DNA from: an uncultured Gammaproteobacteria bacterium | GTDB lineage: Bacteria; Patescibacteriota; Patescibacteriia; UBA11705; JABHMO01 | Reading direction: 5' to 3' | Length of the DNA stretch: 64,000 nucleotides | Assembly (NCBI GenBank): GCA_964590105.1 | Contig: CAZPYM010000001.1 | Span: 431,782-495,781 of the forward strand | Notes under the pieces: generated by a model | Seen by the model: only the letters and a program-made list of their open reading frames with translations | Database searches by the model: none | Told to the model about the DNA's origin: nothing | Made by a program: the position numbers and the translations under genes | Part shown: piece by piece, positions 18,172 to 28,060 of the stretch | Layout of the letters: every line of letters starts with the position of its first letter | Numbering within the stretch: position 1 is the first letter of the stretch

Positions 18172-19932
18172 CTATTCCTGTTCCTCCACTTCCTTGCTGA
18201 CACGGAAGACTTCTTCCATAGTCGTAACACCAAGCAGTGCCTTGATAAGTCCATCCTGGATAAGGTTTATTCTCCCGAGCCTATCCAGTTCCTTTTCTAC
18301 TTCGACTTGAGCAAATCCATTGGCAATGATTATTCTCATTTTGTCGGAAATAGGCAGAGCCTCCGAAATTACCACGCGACCGCTATAGCCCGTGTTTTTA
18401 CAGACCGGACACCCTTTGCCCTTGTAACCGAACAATTCATTTTTTGTTAAATCAATCTCTGCCGGCAATTTATCCGCCGATATGTCCTTTAATTGCTGGC
18501 GAACTCGAACCGCCACATCTGCAGGCAACGGATATTGCTCTTTGCATTTTGAACAAATTCTGCGGCTCAATCTCTGGGCAATAATCAGATTGAGCGTTGA
18601 AGCCAGCAAAAACGGCTCCAATTTCATATCAATCAAACGCGGTATGGCTCCAAGAGAATCATTGGTATGCAAAGTGGAGAACAACAGATGACCGGTCAGT
18701 GCGGCGTGCACTGCCATTTCCGCAGTTTCATTATCGCGAATCTCTCCAACCATGATAATATCCGGATCTTGTCGCATAAGCGAACGCAAACCCGAGGCAA
18801 AAGTAAATTTTACTTCAGGCCGGACTTGCGCCTGATTGATGCCGGGAATATTGTATTCCACCGGATCCTCAAGCGTAGTGATATTCACCCCTTCCTTATT
18901 TAATTCGCTAAGAATTGAAAAAAGTGTGGTCGATTTACCGGAGCCCGTCGGACCAGTCACCAAAATCATGCCGTAGGTTTGTTCCAGCGCTTTTTTTACT
19001 ATTGCTCTGATTGAATCGCTGAATCCAAGCTGTTCCAAAGTCAAAGCCTTGTTTGACATGTCCAATATTCTGAGAGTAGCTTTTTCCTTGCCGGCCAAGG
19101 GCATAATCGATACTCGCAAATCATATCCTTGCTGACCGGTTTCATATTTAAAGCGACCATCTTGCGGCACTCTGGTTTCATCAATCTTCAAGTCTGATAA
19201 AACCTTTATTCTAGAAATAACAGAATCGTGGATATAGCCAGGCAGAGTAAGTACAGTATTTAATATGCCATCAATGCGGAAACGAACGCGGGAAATATTT
19301 TCGTACGGTTCAATATGAATATCAGAGGCTCGGCTCTCAATGCCATGTTTCACAATCATAGAAACGATTTGAGAAACCGGCGCGCTCTTGATTACCTCTT
19401 CAATATTTTCAGTTGAAACATCTTCAAGTTCTTTTTCTTTCCTTTCTTCTTCCACTTGGCTGACTGCCGTCGCCACGTCCGTGCCAAAAGCTCCATATTT
19501 TTTTAATGCTTCCTGCCAGGCATAAACTGAACATAAATAATATTCCACCGCAAAGTTCTTGTTTGCGGCCCAAAAATCAATTGCCTCTCTGGCATTGTAA
19601 TCTTCCGGCTTGGCAATGGCGATTTTTAATTTTTTGTCCTCCCTGGAAAAACAAATGGCAAAATGCTGCTCAGCCAATGTTAATGGCAGGACAGCCTGGG
19701 CATCTTCGGGAATATTTTGCTGTAAAAGAGAAATATATGGATAATTAAAAAATTCCGCCTCCGTTTGAGCCAGTCTTTCCGCATCGATAAATCCGCCTTT
19801 GACAGCCACTTCTCTTAATTCCTTATTAGCATTTGCGGCTAAAATATTTTCCAGCTCCCGCAATTGCGCCTCCCTGATCACGCCTTTTTGTAATAAAAAA
19901 TTCAGCAGTTTTTTTTGTATTTCTTTAATCAT
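18172..19932 (-). CDS. pilB: type IV pilus assembly ATPase PilB (GspE family)
   Basis: Walker A VTGPTGSGKSTT, Asp box, His box, tetracysteine CSKC...CPVC; 586 aa. Confidence 0.88.
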   Translation of the reverse strand: MIKEIQKKLLNFLLQKGVIREAQLRELENILAANANKELREVAVKGGFIDAERLAQTEAEFFNYPYISLLQQNIPEDAQAVLPLTLAEQHFAICFSREDKKLKIAIAKPEDYNAREAIDFWAANKNFAVEYYLCSVYAWQEALKKYGAFGTDVATAVSQVEEERKEKELEDVSTENIEEVIKSAPVSQIVSMIVKHGIESRASDIHIEPYENISRVRFRIDGILNTVLTLPGYIHDSVISRIKVLSDLKIDETRVPQDGRFKYETGQQGYDLRVSIMPLAGKEKATLRILDMSNKALTLEQLGFSDSIRAIVKKALEQTYGMILVTGPTGSGKSTTLFSILSELNKEGVNITTLEDPVEYNIPGINQAQVRPEVKFTFASGLRSLMRQDPDIIMVGEIRDNETAEMAVHAALTGHLLFSTLHTNDSLGAIPRLIDMKLEPFLLASTLNLIIAQRLSRRICSKCKEQYPLPADVAVRVRQQLKDISADKLPAEIDLTKNELFGYKGKGCPVCKNTGYSGRVVISEALPISDKMRIIIANGFAQVEVEKELDRLGRINLIQDGLIKALLGVTTMEEVFRVSKEVEEQE

Positions 19933-19962
19933 TCAGACGTTATTAATATCAAATTTTTAATT

Positions 19963-20364
19963 TTAATCTTCCTGAACCGGCGCTTCTGGGGCTAGTTCCT
20001 TTGCTTGATTTTGTTTTCCCGCGGCTAAAGTCGCGCTTTTTTCCGCTTCAAAAGGATTTTCTTTTGGGCCCACAATTTCTTCCGCTACGAGCGGCCAATC
20101 GCCATTCTTTTGCAAATCATTAAATTTTTTGTCTTCCTGCAAGTATCCCTTGATTACATTCAAGTCATCAATTGTCTTTGTTCCTTCCCCGGACAAAAAA
20201 TAATAATCAGAAGGGCTCGCAAGCAGACTCTGATATTGCGGTTGAAAATAAAAACGCTCGGCGCTCCAAATTCCCACCGCCAAAATTATTATGGCGGCTA
20301 TAACTATCGCCGCCACAGTCGCCTCTTTATTCTTCCGGCTCCGGCTCTTCATATTGTTCACCAA
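19963..20364 (-). CDS. hypothetical single-TM protein in the pilus locus
   Basis: N-terminal TM (AAIVIAAIIILAVGIW), low-complexity C-terminus; overlaps the upstream gene by 38 nt. Confidence 0.45.
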   Translation of the reverse strand: MVNNMKSRSRKNKEATVAAIVIAAIIILAVGIWSAERFYFQPQYQSLLASPSDYYFLSGEGTKTIDDLNVIKGYLQEDKKFNDLQKNGDWPLVAEEIVGPKENPFEAEKSATLAAGKQNQAKELAPEAPVQED

Positions 20365-21013
20365 AGTAATAAGTATTTAAAGTCAGACTATAAACATTGC
20401 TGTCTGGAGTATAAGCAATTGACTTGATATCCAGTAATCTTAAATTGTTTTCAATATCCGCCAAATAATTTTTAAATGTAAAATAATCTCCGCCCTTGAC
20501 ATTTAGCGTCAAGATTAGTTTATTCAACTGACGAGCGGCGACGCCTTCTTTTTCTTCAAGATTTTCGCCGGCGGCAATATCAAGTGAGCCAAGAAATAAA
20601 TTATTTTTTATGGCCAAGGCCTCCAATTGAACAAATATTCCCGGCAAATCTTTTTCTAAAGGTAATATATCAATAATTTTTTTCGAAGATTCGCCGATGT
20701 TATCAAAATCAATTTTTATTGACTTCGCTCTACCGAGTTCTTGTTCTTTTTCCGCGAGTACTGCTTGTTTTTGAACTATCCTACTTTTAATATCTTCAAT
20801 ATCAGTCCGATACAGCAAAAAACTAGCCGCCACAAAAACGCAAAGCGCTGCCGCTATGACCAATAATAACAATAGTTTATATATTTTAATAAAAGACTCG
20901 GCAAACGACACAAAGCCGCCTCTTTTTATTTTTTTATCGCTAATAATTTCCGACGAATGGCGGATTGTCTCTGGTTTTGGTTTGTTGTTTCGTGCTTCGG
21001 AAGAATTTAACAT
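20327..21013 (-). CDS. PilO-like pilus assembly protein
   Basis: Single TM, coiled coil, then a C-terminal domain with PilO-like topology; position between the pilN-like gene and pilB. Confidence 0.5.
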   Translation of the reverse strand: MLNSSEARNNKPKPETIRHSSEIISDKKIKRGGFVSFAESFIKIYKLLLLLVIAAALCVFVAASFLLYRTDIEDIKSRIVQKQAVLAEKEQELGRAKSIKIDFDNIGESSKKIIDILPLEKDLPGIFVQLEALAIKNNLFLGSLDIAAGENLEEKEGVAARQLNKLILTLNVKGGDYFTFKNYLADIENNLRLLDIKSIAYTPDSNVYSLTLNTYYFGEQYEEPEPEE

Positions 21014-21056
21014 AATAATTTATCAACGAATGCGGATAACACAGGGTGAAGGTTAT

Positions 21057-22175
21057 TTATTTTAGTAAAGCATTGTCCATCAGATGCAGGGTAATATTGA
21101 ATTCTATTGGAAAATAATTTGCCGGCAACTCTGGTTCGGTCATTTCGGTCTCAAAGGCAAACTCGTCTACTGTTTCTTCGGCAGACTGGCTGGCTGAACT
21201 GACTTCCACACTTTGGACAAAATCAGCCTTTTGAAAAATCTGCAGCTGCTCGGCCACGCTATGATAAGTCTTGGTTTTTGCGGTTAATAATATATCCCCA
21301 TTGCTCTCAGCAACAAAATTTGTGTAATAAACATCTTTGGCAATATTGTGTTCTAGCTCGTCAAATAAAGCGGTCCAATATATATGATTTTCCAAAAGCA
21401 CTTGCAATATTTTTGCCCTTTCATACAAATTGTCTGCCTGCAGCTGATCAGAACTGAATGAATTGATCTCCGCTTCAGTCTGCGATATTGACTGCATTAA
21501 ACCAGAATACTCACCAGCCAATTTTATTTTTTCAAATTTGATTACCAAAAACACCCCTGAAAATAACAACAAAAACATCAAAATAACTACCAGCAGCACA
21601 TTCAACCGTCGCCAAAACTGGGTGCGAACAATTCCCACATAATCTTCGGAAATTAAATTGATTTCTGCCGGCGGTTTTTTGAATCTAATCACAGCCAAGC
21701 CCCGTTGAAAAAGGCTGGCCAATGACTTCGAAGTTTTAACATCTTCTATTTCATCCGCTGTTTCACGAATTATTTTTTTACCGGTGCCATTCAACTTATC
21801 AATAATTTGCGGGATCTTCATGCGGAAAGTACTATCCGCTGGTGGCTGTTTGACTTCGATTATAGGCCTTGGCAATGGTGGAATTGGCGGCACCAGGGCT
21901 ATCGACGGAGTCGGAGGTGTTGGCAGAACCGACCTTAATTCAGGTTTTTTTTTAATTCGAAAAATTCCCCTTTTTTGCGGTTGGTCTTTTTGTTCTAGTC
22001 CGATTTTAATTGTCTGCTCAGATTTTGCCAGTCCTGATAAATCCTTTTTTCCTGCTAATTTCTCCGGCAAGTGCATTTCAAATTTCTTGGCCCCCATCGC
22101 CTCCTGCACTTTTTTCTTTTCCAATTCTTCTTTTTCTTTCAAATCATCAGGCAGCAAACTGATTCCATTTGACAT
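21057..22175 (-). CDS. PilN-like pilus assembly protein with a proline-rich N-terminal extension
   Basis: Central TM (LLVVILMFLLLFSGVFLVI) followed by a PilN-like periplasmic region; immediately downstream of pilM. Confidence 0.5.
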   Translation of the reverse strand: MSNGISLLPDDLKEKEELEKKKVQEAMGAKKFEMHLPEKLAGKKDLSGLAKSEQTIKIGLEQKDQPQKRGIFRIKKKPELRSVLPTPPTPSIALVPPIPPLPRPIIEVKQPPADSTFRMKIPQIIDKLNGTGKKIIRETADEIEDVKTSKSLASLFQRGLAVIRFKKPPAEINLISEDYVGIVRTQFWRRLNVLLVVILMFLLLFSGVFLVIKFEKIKLAGEYSGLMQSISQTEAEINSFSSDQLQADNLYERAKILQVLLENHIYWTALFDELEHNIAKDVYYTNFVAESNGDILLTAKTKTYHSVAEQLQIFQKADFVQSVEVSSASQSAEETVDEFAFETEMTEPELPANYFPIEFNITLHLMDNALLK

Positions 22176-22251
22176 ATTTAATTCAGTTTATAAGGTTCGT
22201 AAAATTCGTAAAGTTTATCAAGTTTGCGCCAAAGGCGGAAACTTTTAACTT

Positions 22252-23364
22252 CTACTCAATATCTCTCATGGCAAGCCCGATGGCAGTAGCCAGACGCGGT
22301 CCGATATTTTCCAGAACCGGTTGCATTTCTTCCGGATATATTACCCGCGACCAGGGATTGCCGATGAATGTTTTTATACCCAGATTGTCAGTAAAATATT
22401 TTGACATGTTAAACAACTTGGCGGTGCCACCTGATAAAACTATTCTTTCAATTTTTTTGCCTTTGTTGCCCGGCTGTTCTGTGTAAAAATTCATAGTGTA
22501 TTGGACCTCGTCCATGATTGCTCTCACCGGACGCTCGATAATTTCCGGCAAGGTCGCGCCATCCTGAAGCAACTCTGAATCGCCGGACAAATCCCGCTTA
22601 AATTGTTCTGCCTGACTTTCGGCAACATTTAATGTCTCGGCTATCTCTCTGGTAATTTCCAGCCCGCCAACACCCAGACTCCGACTTAAAAGAGGAATGG
22701 CGTTTTCTATTACAGATATATCAGTATTCACCGCGCCGATATCAACGAGAACAACTGTTGCTTTGTCTTTGCCGACAAGTGAACGCGCCAGGGCAAAAGA
22801 TTCGGTTTCTAAACTAATTAAATCCAGATTAGCTTTCTTGAAAATCTCAATGTATTTTTGAACCACTTCTTTTGAAGCGCCCGTAAGCAACACCTGTAAA
22901 TTTTTTATTTTATCCAACTTGGCTGTTTCTTTGTTGGTCAAAATATCATCTGAAGCTATAACTTTCCAATCCAGAATCATTTCTTCAAGCGGCAACGGCA
23001 AAACTTTTTTTGCCTCCCATTCAACTGCGGCAGTAATTTTTTTTGGCGAAGCCAGATCTTTTTTGCTAATTTCACTCAAAGAAATAATTGAACTAAAAAC
23101 CGCCGGCGCAGGTAAGGCTGTAACCGCTCTTTTGGTAATGACTTTGCTTTGTTGTGTAACTTTTTTGATTAATTCGGCAGTTTGTTCCGGTTGATCAATC
23201 AATTTTGCGCCCTCGCCTTTGAGCGATCGCTCCAAATAACCGTAAGTAACCAATTGCGCCCGGCCATTATTATTGGTCAATTCAACCAGCTTGATACTGC
23301 TGCCGCCAATGTCAATGCCAAGATAATTTGTGTCTGTTGAGCTGGTTTTTGAAAATAGTCCCAT
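22252..23364 (-). CDS. pilM: type IV pilus assembly protein PilM (actin-like ATPase)
   Basis: LGIDIGGSSIKLVEL..., actin-fold phosphate motifs (VDIGAVNTDISV, LSGGTAKL). Confidence 0.8.
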   Translation of the reverse strand: MGLFSKTSSTDTNYLGIDIGGSSIKLVELTNNNGRAQLVTYGYLERSLKGEGAKLIDQPEQTAELIKKVTQQSKVITKRAVTALPAPAVFSSIISLSEISKKDLASPKKITAAVEWEAKKVLPLPLEEMILDWKVIASDDILTNKETAKLDKIKNLQVLLTGASKEVVQKYIEIFKKANLDLISLETESFALARSLVGKDKATVVLVDIGAVNTDISVIENAIPLLSRSLGVGGLEITREIAETLNVAESQAEQFKRDLSGDSELLQDGATLPEIIERPVRAIMDEVQYTMNFYTEQPGNKGKKIERIVLSGGTAKLFNMSKYFTDNLGIKTFIGNPWSRVIYPEEMQPVLENIGPRLATAIGLAMRDIE

Positions 23365-23399
23365 ATAAGTTTATTAGTAAATAAATGATGAGTAGTGAA

Positions 23400-23455
23400 A
23401 AAATTACAAACCACAAACAACAAATCACAGGCAAATCACGAATTACAAACAAAAT
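23400..23455. repeat. heptamer-word repeat (AAATTACAAACCACAAACAACAAATCACAGGCAAATCACGAATTACAAACAAA) upstream of pilM
   Basis: Read directly; reverse-orientation copy of the TTTGTAA family. Confidence 0.65.
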
Positions 23456-23663
23456 GAAGATGTGAAATAAAATAAACGTTAGGAGACCTAAGAAGATAGA
23501 AAAGAAAAGACGGCTACCCCAATTTCTAATTTCAAATTTCTAGTTTCGCTTCTTCCTCCCTTACTCTTCTCACCCATTTCCATTCTTATTCGTTCATACT
23601 GATATTCCACAAAATTTATTATATCATTTTTCAACTAAAAAAGGAATTATTTATACACACCAA

Positions 23664-25253
23664 TTATTTTTTTATTTTTGGCAAGGCTTTCGCCAGATCA
23701 ACAAAGCCCAGCGGCGGGTTGGAAATAACCCTAGAGTCATAAATCACTCTTTCCGCTGACTCATTCAATCCTTGTTCAGAGTAATTGCGCTGAAACTTGA
23801 ATTCATGCGCTACCATTAGGCCCTGAACTTCAAGCGGCTTATCAATTTGCCCTTCTCCTTTCGTGCCGGTATTTATTGTCCCCTCCGCAAAATAACTGCC
23901 AACCACTTTTGTTACATTCGGATCAATGTAAATATTGCCACCGCCGCCATCGTCATTCTTTATAACAATCCAACCGATTGAAGCCAACTTTTTCAAGCTG
24001 TTTACAGACGTTAACTGGTAATATTGATTACCCTTAACATGCAGGTCGCCACGAACAATAATCGTACCGGCGCCGCTATAATTTGAATAACCATTATAAA
24101 TAACTTTCGCGGGTACGCTCAAATCATGATTTGAATAATACACATTTCCTTTTAAATAATTGTCATAAAATGTAGCCGCAGTAATCTTTTTTACTGGTCC
24201 GTATTGCTCTGCCAACATACCTTTTATGTCTAAAAGCCCCAATTCTGATTGATAAGCGCTTTCTTGTTTTGGCAGATTAAGGAGACCGACCTCGTCACTC
24301 ACCCAGTCGGCTGACCCGCACTGACCGGTCGCTTCACATTCTGAAGAAAAGTGAACTATACTGCCATTGCTTTGAACCATGTAAGTTGCGTTATAACTGT
24401 CCTCTGGCGTCACACCCTGGTACATTGAACCAACTCCCTTTTGCCCATAGACATCTCCGCCTATTGTTTCCAAGTACGGAGGATTAATTATTGCTTGTGA
24501 CTCTAATGGATGAAATCCCAACCAACCAAAGCCAGTCCCATTTCCATTACCATTCCAACCCCAACCAATTAGCATGTTATTTGAATAATCAATACCAACG
24601 CCGTATTTGTAACACTTGTCGCACTGATAACAGATATTCCCTACGCAATTACTACAGGCTTCGCAAATCTCCTGGCTACCAGAAAAATCTTCAGAAGCAA
24701 AACAAATTCCGCAACGCTCTCTGCTTTCATCTTTTAATAAAGCGCAGTTGCGGCAGGCGTATTTTTTGCCCGACAAATTAACTTCCGGCCCCAAAAGCTT
24801 CAGCCAGCCGTCGGCGCCAATTGAAGTCCAGGCCGCCCAGCCGTCAATAAGGCCATGGTCGGAAAGTCTGACTTGCGGAGCAAAGCCGTCAGGCGTGACT
24901 GCCAGATTAGGCAAACTCGGACCGGTACAGCTCTCGCCAAAACACAGCCAGCCGACATTTTCCGACCAGGCATAGCCGTTTAATTTACCCGTATTGGAAT
25001 CATAATCAACGCCATAATCAGTTTGAATACATTTATTGAGAATTTCTTCGTTATAGCAATTGAGCGACACCCAGCCGATATTTTCCGACCAGGCAAAACC
25101 GCTGACTTTGTGATTTTTGCTGGCGTTGACGGCGAAGTCTCCGGAGAGCAAAAAGGCAATAAAACAAAAAATCAATAAAGCAAAAAAGCAATAAAGCGAT
25201 TTATCTCTTAAATGAAATCGCGCCAAAAAATTTTTAACCGGTTGTTTTGCCAT
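23664..25253 (-). CDS. large Cys-rich secreted / membrane-anchored protein with GYAWSENxGW repeats (start corrected to MAKQPVKNF)
   Basis: N-terminal signal anchor (LYCFFALLIFCFIAFLL); repeated SGFAWSENIGWVSL / NGYAWSENVGWLCF; more than 30 Cys; pilus-locus neighbour. Confidence 0.6.
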   Translation of the reverse strand: MAKQPVKNFLARFHLRDKSLYCFFALLIFCFIAFLLSGDFAVNASKNHKVSGFAWSENIGWVSLNCYNEEILNKCIQTDYGVDYDSNTGKLNGYAWSENVGWLCFGESCTGPSLPNLAVTPDGFAPQVRLSDHGLIDGWAAWTSIGADGWLKLLGPEVNLSGKKYACRNCALLKDESRERCGICFASEDFSGSQEICEACSNCVGNICYQCDKCYKYGVGIDYSNNMLIGWGWNGNGNGTGFGWLGFHPLESQAIINPPYLETIGGDVYGQKGVGSMYQGVTPEDSYNATYMVQSNGSIVHFSSECEATGQCGSADWVSDEVGLLNLPKQESAYQSELGLLDIKGMLAEQYGPVKKITAATFYDNYLKGNVYYSNHDLSVPAKVIYNGYSNYSGAGTIIVRGDLHVKGNQYYQLTSVNSLKKLASIGWIVIKNDDGGGGNIYIDPNVTKVVGSYFAEGTINTGTKGEGQIDKPLEVQGLMVAHEFKFQRNYSEQGLNESAERVIYDSRVISNPPLGFVDLAKALPKIKK

Positions 25254-25333
25254 GTGTTTATTATACAACAAATTATCGCAAATAAAAAATCGCCCTGTCT
25301 TAACAGAACGATTGTCTTGCTTATAAAATCTCG

Positions 25334-25591
25334 CTACATCCAAACCCGAGGATCATTGTTCGGATCATCGTCGTCAGCTTCCTGCCAAACATCCAACCAT
25401 TTGCCGACAACAAACGAAGCGAGCCCTATGCCCAGCCCGACGACCGCCGCACAAAACGTTTGTACATCGCTCAAATTGATAATTTGAAACGTCGGCCCCA
25501 GCAATATGGCGCCGGCCACAATCAAACAGCCAAGCGTCATTCCCAAACGCGGCAAAAAATATTTCAGAGAATTCTTCATGGCCACCTCCAC
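25334..25591 (-). CDS. small hypothetical membrane protein (two TM)
   Basis: Two hydrophobic helices, acidic C-terminus (EADDDDPNNDP). Confidence 0.4.
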   Translation of the reverse strand: MEVAMKNSLKYFLPRLGMTLGCLIVAGAILLGPTFQIINLSDVQTFCAAVVGLGIGLASFVVGKWLDVWQEADDDDPNNDPRVWM

Positions 25592-25708
25592 GGTTTGAAT
25601 TTTGAATGAACCTAATAAACCGATTGTTAATGTTATAAAAATATAAGAGATTTGTCAAGACTGAAAATCCGAGATTGGCGCCGGATCTTTGAATAAAACT
25701 TCGCACCC

Positions 25709-25745
25709 TCAACCCTAGTTTCTAGTTTCCAGTTTCCAATTTCTA
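25709..25745. repeat. heptamer tandem repeat, family AGTTTCY (CCCTAGTTTCTAGTTTCCAGTTTCCAATTTCTATTTTCCAATTTC)
   Basis: Read directly; a nearly identical word string is at 56504-56545. Confidence 0.7.
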
Positions 25746-26147
25746 TTTTCCAATTTCATCAAGTGCTTTATTTACCAGCGCATCCGCTTCTGTGTTCTGC
25801 TCTCTATAAAGATGTTTATATACAATTTTTTTGAAATGATGCTGTAAATTGTAAATCTTCAAAAACTGCTGAGCCAATTCTTGGTTTTTCACTTTGTATT
25901 CTCCTTTCAACTGTTTCACAACAAGTTCGCTGTCCAAATTAAATTCCAATTCCGTACCACCCAACTCTTTTGCTTTTTCCAGCGCAAAAACCACGGCCTG
26001 ATACTCGGCCTGATTGTTGGTAGTCTCGCCAATGTATTTGCCTTCACCGTGCAAAACTTTACCTTTTTCATTTTTAATTACATACCCGATTGCAGCCGGG
26101 CCGGGATTGCCCCTCGCTCCCCCGTCGCAGTTTATTGTTAGTTTCAT
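25743..26147 (-). CDS. rnhA: ribonuclease HI
   Basis: MKLTINCDGGARGNPGPAAIGYVI...NNQAEYQAV...EL...NTEADALV, the RNase H DEDD carboxylates. Confidence 0.85.
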   Translation of the reverse strand: MKLTINCDGGARGNPGPAAIGYVIKNEKGKVLHGEGKYIGETTNNQAEYQAVVFALEKAKELGGTELEFNLDSELVVKQLKGEYKVKNQELAQQFLKIYNLQHHFKKIVYKHLYREQNTEADALVNKALDEIGK

Positions 26148-26163
26148 ATTGTGCTTATTACTT

Positions 26164-27900
26164 TTAGCTTTTACATTTTACCTTCAAATCCACAACTTTA
26201 AACTCAAATTCCCGATTCCCATTCCATTCATTAATACCAAGTTCGCACACTGCCTCTATTGTATCACCGACACGAAGCTTTTCCAACCACTCTTTTGCTT
26301 TTCCAAACCAAAGCATTTTGTAAAGCTGGGGACTTTCTTGTTTTACGCTAAGCCGCAAATGAGTTTGATCCTGGCCAATGGCATCCATGGCGGCAATTTT
26401 CAAATCCCTGATTACAAAAAGCGGTTTTGAATTGCCCTCGCCAAACGGAGCAAATTTTTCTAGCTGTCCCAAAAAATCAAAGTCAATTTGATTGATTTGG
26501 ATTTCAGCGTCAACATCGAGTACCGGCCGTAAATCAATTTCGCCAAGCTCTTTTTCCACGTGCTTGGTAAAATCATTTTCAAATTGCTCGCGAACCTCAA
26601 TCTCAGTCAATGTAAATCCGCAGGCACCGGCATGACCGCCATATCGAGCGAAAAAATTATTAACTGAATGCAACCCCTGAATAATATTAAATTCCGCGAT
26701 TGAACGGCCGGATCCTGTAACTTTTCCGTTGGAAAGCGTCATGGCGATTGCCGGACGATAAAACTCGTCACTAAGCCGCCCAGCAATCAGGCCAACAATT
26801 CCGGGTAACCAGGTCTCATCATATACAAAAATAATTTTTTTTGTTTCAATTGATTCAATCTGCAATTTAGCTTCTTCCAACGCCTTAATAATTACCTTCT
26901 GGCGCGCCTGATTATTCTCCTGCAATTCCAAAGCTATTCGCTCAGCTTCCAACGCATTTTCGGAAACTAATAATTCATAAGCAACGCTCGCGTGGTTCAT
27001 CCGACCAGCGGCATTTAGTCTCGGCGCGATTTGGAATCCGATTGTAAAAGAATTAATCCCCTTGGAACCAATTGATTCGAGCAACTTTTGCAATCCCACC
27101 CAGCGCGTTTGTTCCAACACTTTCAATCCCCACTTAACCAAAACTCTATTCTCGCCAATAATCGGTGCCACATCAGCCACCGTTCCTATCGCCACAATGT
27201 CCAGCAGCCATTTTTGAAATCCTTCAACCCCTCCATAAACGTGGAACGTGGAACGTGGAACGCGGCTGACATCAGTTAACAGTCCGCAAATTAACTTATA
27301 AGCAACTCCCGCGCCGACCAGCTCTTTGAACGGATAGCCGCTATTATCTACTTTGGGATCTAAAATTGCGTAAGCATCCGGCAATTCCAAAAGTGGCTCA
27401 TGGTGATCCGTAACGATGACATCAATCCCCATTGTGTTTAGGGTGGCGATTTCTTGCACATTAGTTATACCGCAATCAACTGTAATCAAAAGTTTTGTTC
27501 CCTGAACACGAAAGTTGTTCAGATTCTCCATGTTTAATCCATAACCATCGTCTTCCCGATGCGGGATGAAGACTTCCACTTCTGCGCCAAGCAATTTAAG
27601 GGTCCGGGACAAAATAGCTGCGCTAGTAACTCCATCAGCATCATAATCGCCGTGAATTAAAATTCTTTCCTTCTTTTCAATCGCCGACCAAATACGCTGG
27701 ACCGTCTTTTCCATGTCAGTAAACAAGAATGGATCATAGAGCTTTTCATATTCAGGATTAAAAAAATAATCAATTGCCGATTGACTTATCAAACCTCTGT
27801 TATATAATAGCTTTGCAATAATCGGATGATAGCCCGCAAGCTTAGTTTTAAACTCATCCGGTGGAGTATCTTTGATTTTCCAACTTTTTGACATATACAC
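26164..27900 (-). CDS. recJ: single-stranded-DNA-specific exonuclease RecJ
   Basis: DHH motifs (ILIHGDYDADGVTSAAIL, DHHE), DHHA1 region (GGHAGACGF), 578 aa. Confidence 0.88.
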   Translation of the reverse strand: MYMSKSWKIKDTPPDEFKTKLAGYHPIIAKLLYNRGLISQSAIDYFFNPEYEKLYDPFLFTDMEKTVQRIWSAIEKKERILIHGDYDADGVTSAAILSRTLKLLGAEVEVFIPHREDDGYGLNMENLNNFRVQGTKLLITVDCGITNVQEIATLNTMGIDVIVTDHHEPLLELPDAYAILDPKVDNSGYPFKELVGAGVAYKLICGLLTDVSRVPRSTFHVYGGVEGFQKWLLDIVAIGTVADVAPIIGENRVLVKWGLKVLEQTRWVGLQKLLESIGSKGINSFTIGFQIAPRLNAAGRMNHASVAYELLVSENALEAERIALELQENNQARQKVIIKALEEAKLQIESIETKKIIFVYDETWLPGIVGLIAGRLSDEFYRPAIAMTLSNGKVTGSGRSIAEFNIIQGLHSVNNFFARYGGHAGACGFTLTEIEVREQFENDFTKHVEKELGEIDLRPVLDVDAEIQINQIDFDFLGQLEKFAPFGEGNSKPLFVIRDLKIAAMDAIGQDQTHLRLSVKQESPQLYKMLWFGKAKEWLEKLRVGDTIEAVCELGINEWNGNREFEFKVVDLKVKCKS

Positions 27901-27908
27901 ATTTTACT

Positions 27909-28010
27909 ATGAACAAAAACAAATTACAAAAAATTGTCTGGATAATTATCGTGGTAATCATGATTTTTTCTATGGTTATGTGGACACTTGGCTCGCTGTT
28001 TTACTACTAA
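27909..28010 (+). CDS. possible 33-aa hydrophobic peptide ORF (MNKNKLQKIVWIIIVVIMIFSMVMWTLGSLFYY)
   Basis: ATG...TAA ORF read from sequence, single TM helix, immediately followed by the 28027-28051 hairpin; no SD, so this is speculative. Confidence 0.2.
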   Translation: MNKNKLQKIVWIIIVVIMIFSMVMWTLGSLFYY

Positions 28011-28026
28011 TAAGGCAAAAAAAAGG

Positions 28027-28060
28027 CCGCCCATGGCAGACGCCGGGCGGCTTTGTTGTT
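28027..28060 (-). terminator. rho-independent terminator of the metallophosphoesterase cassette
   Basis: GCCGCCC...GGGCGGC stem (28027-28051); on the minus strand it is followed by CTTTTTTTTTGCC (A-tract 28013-28024 on plus). Confidence 0.6.
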
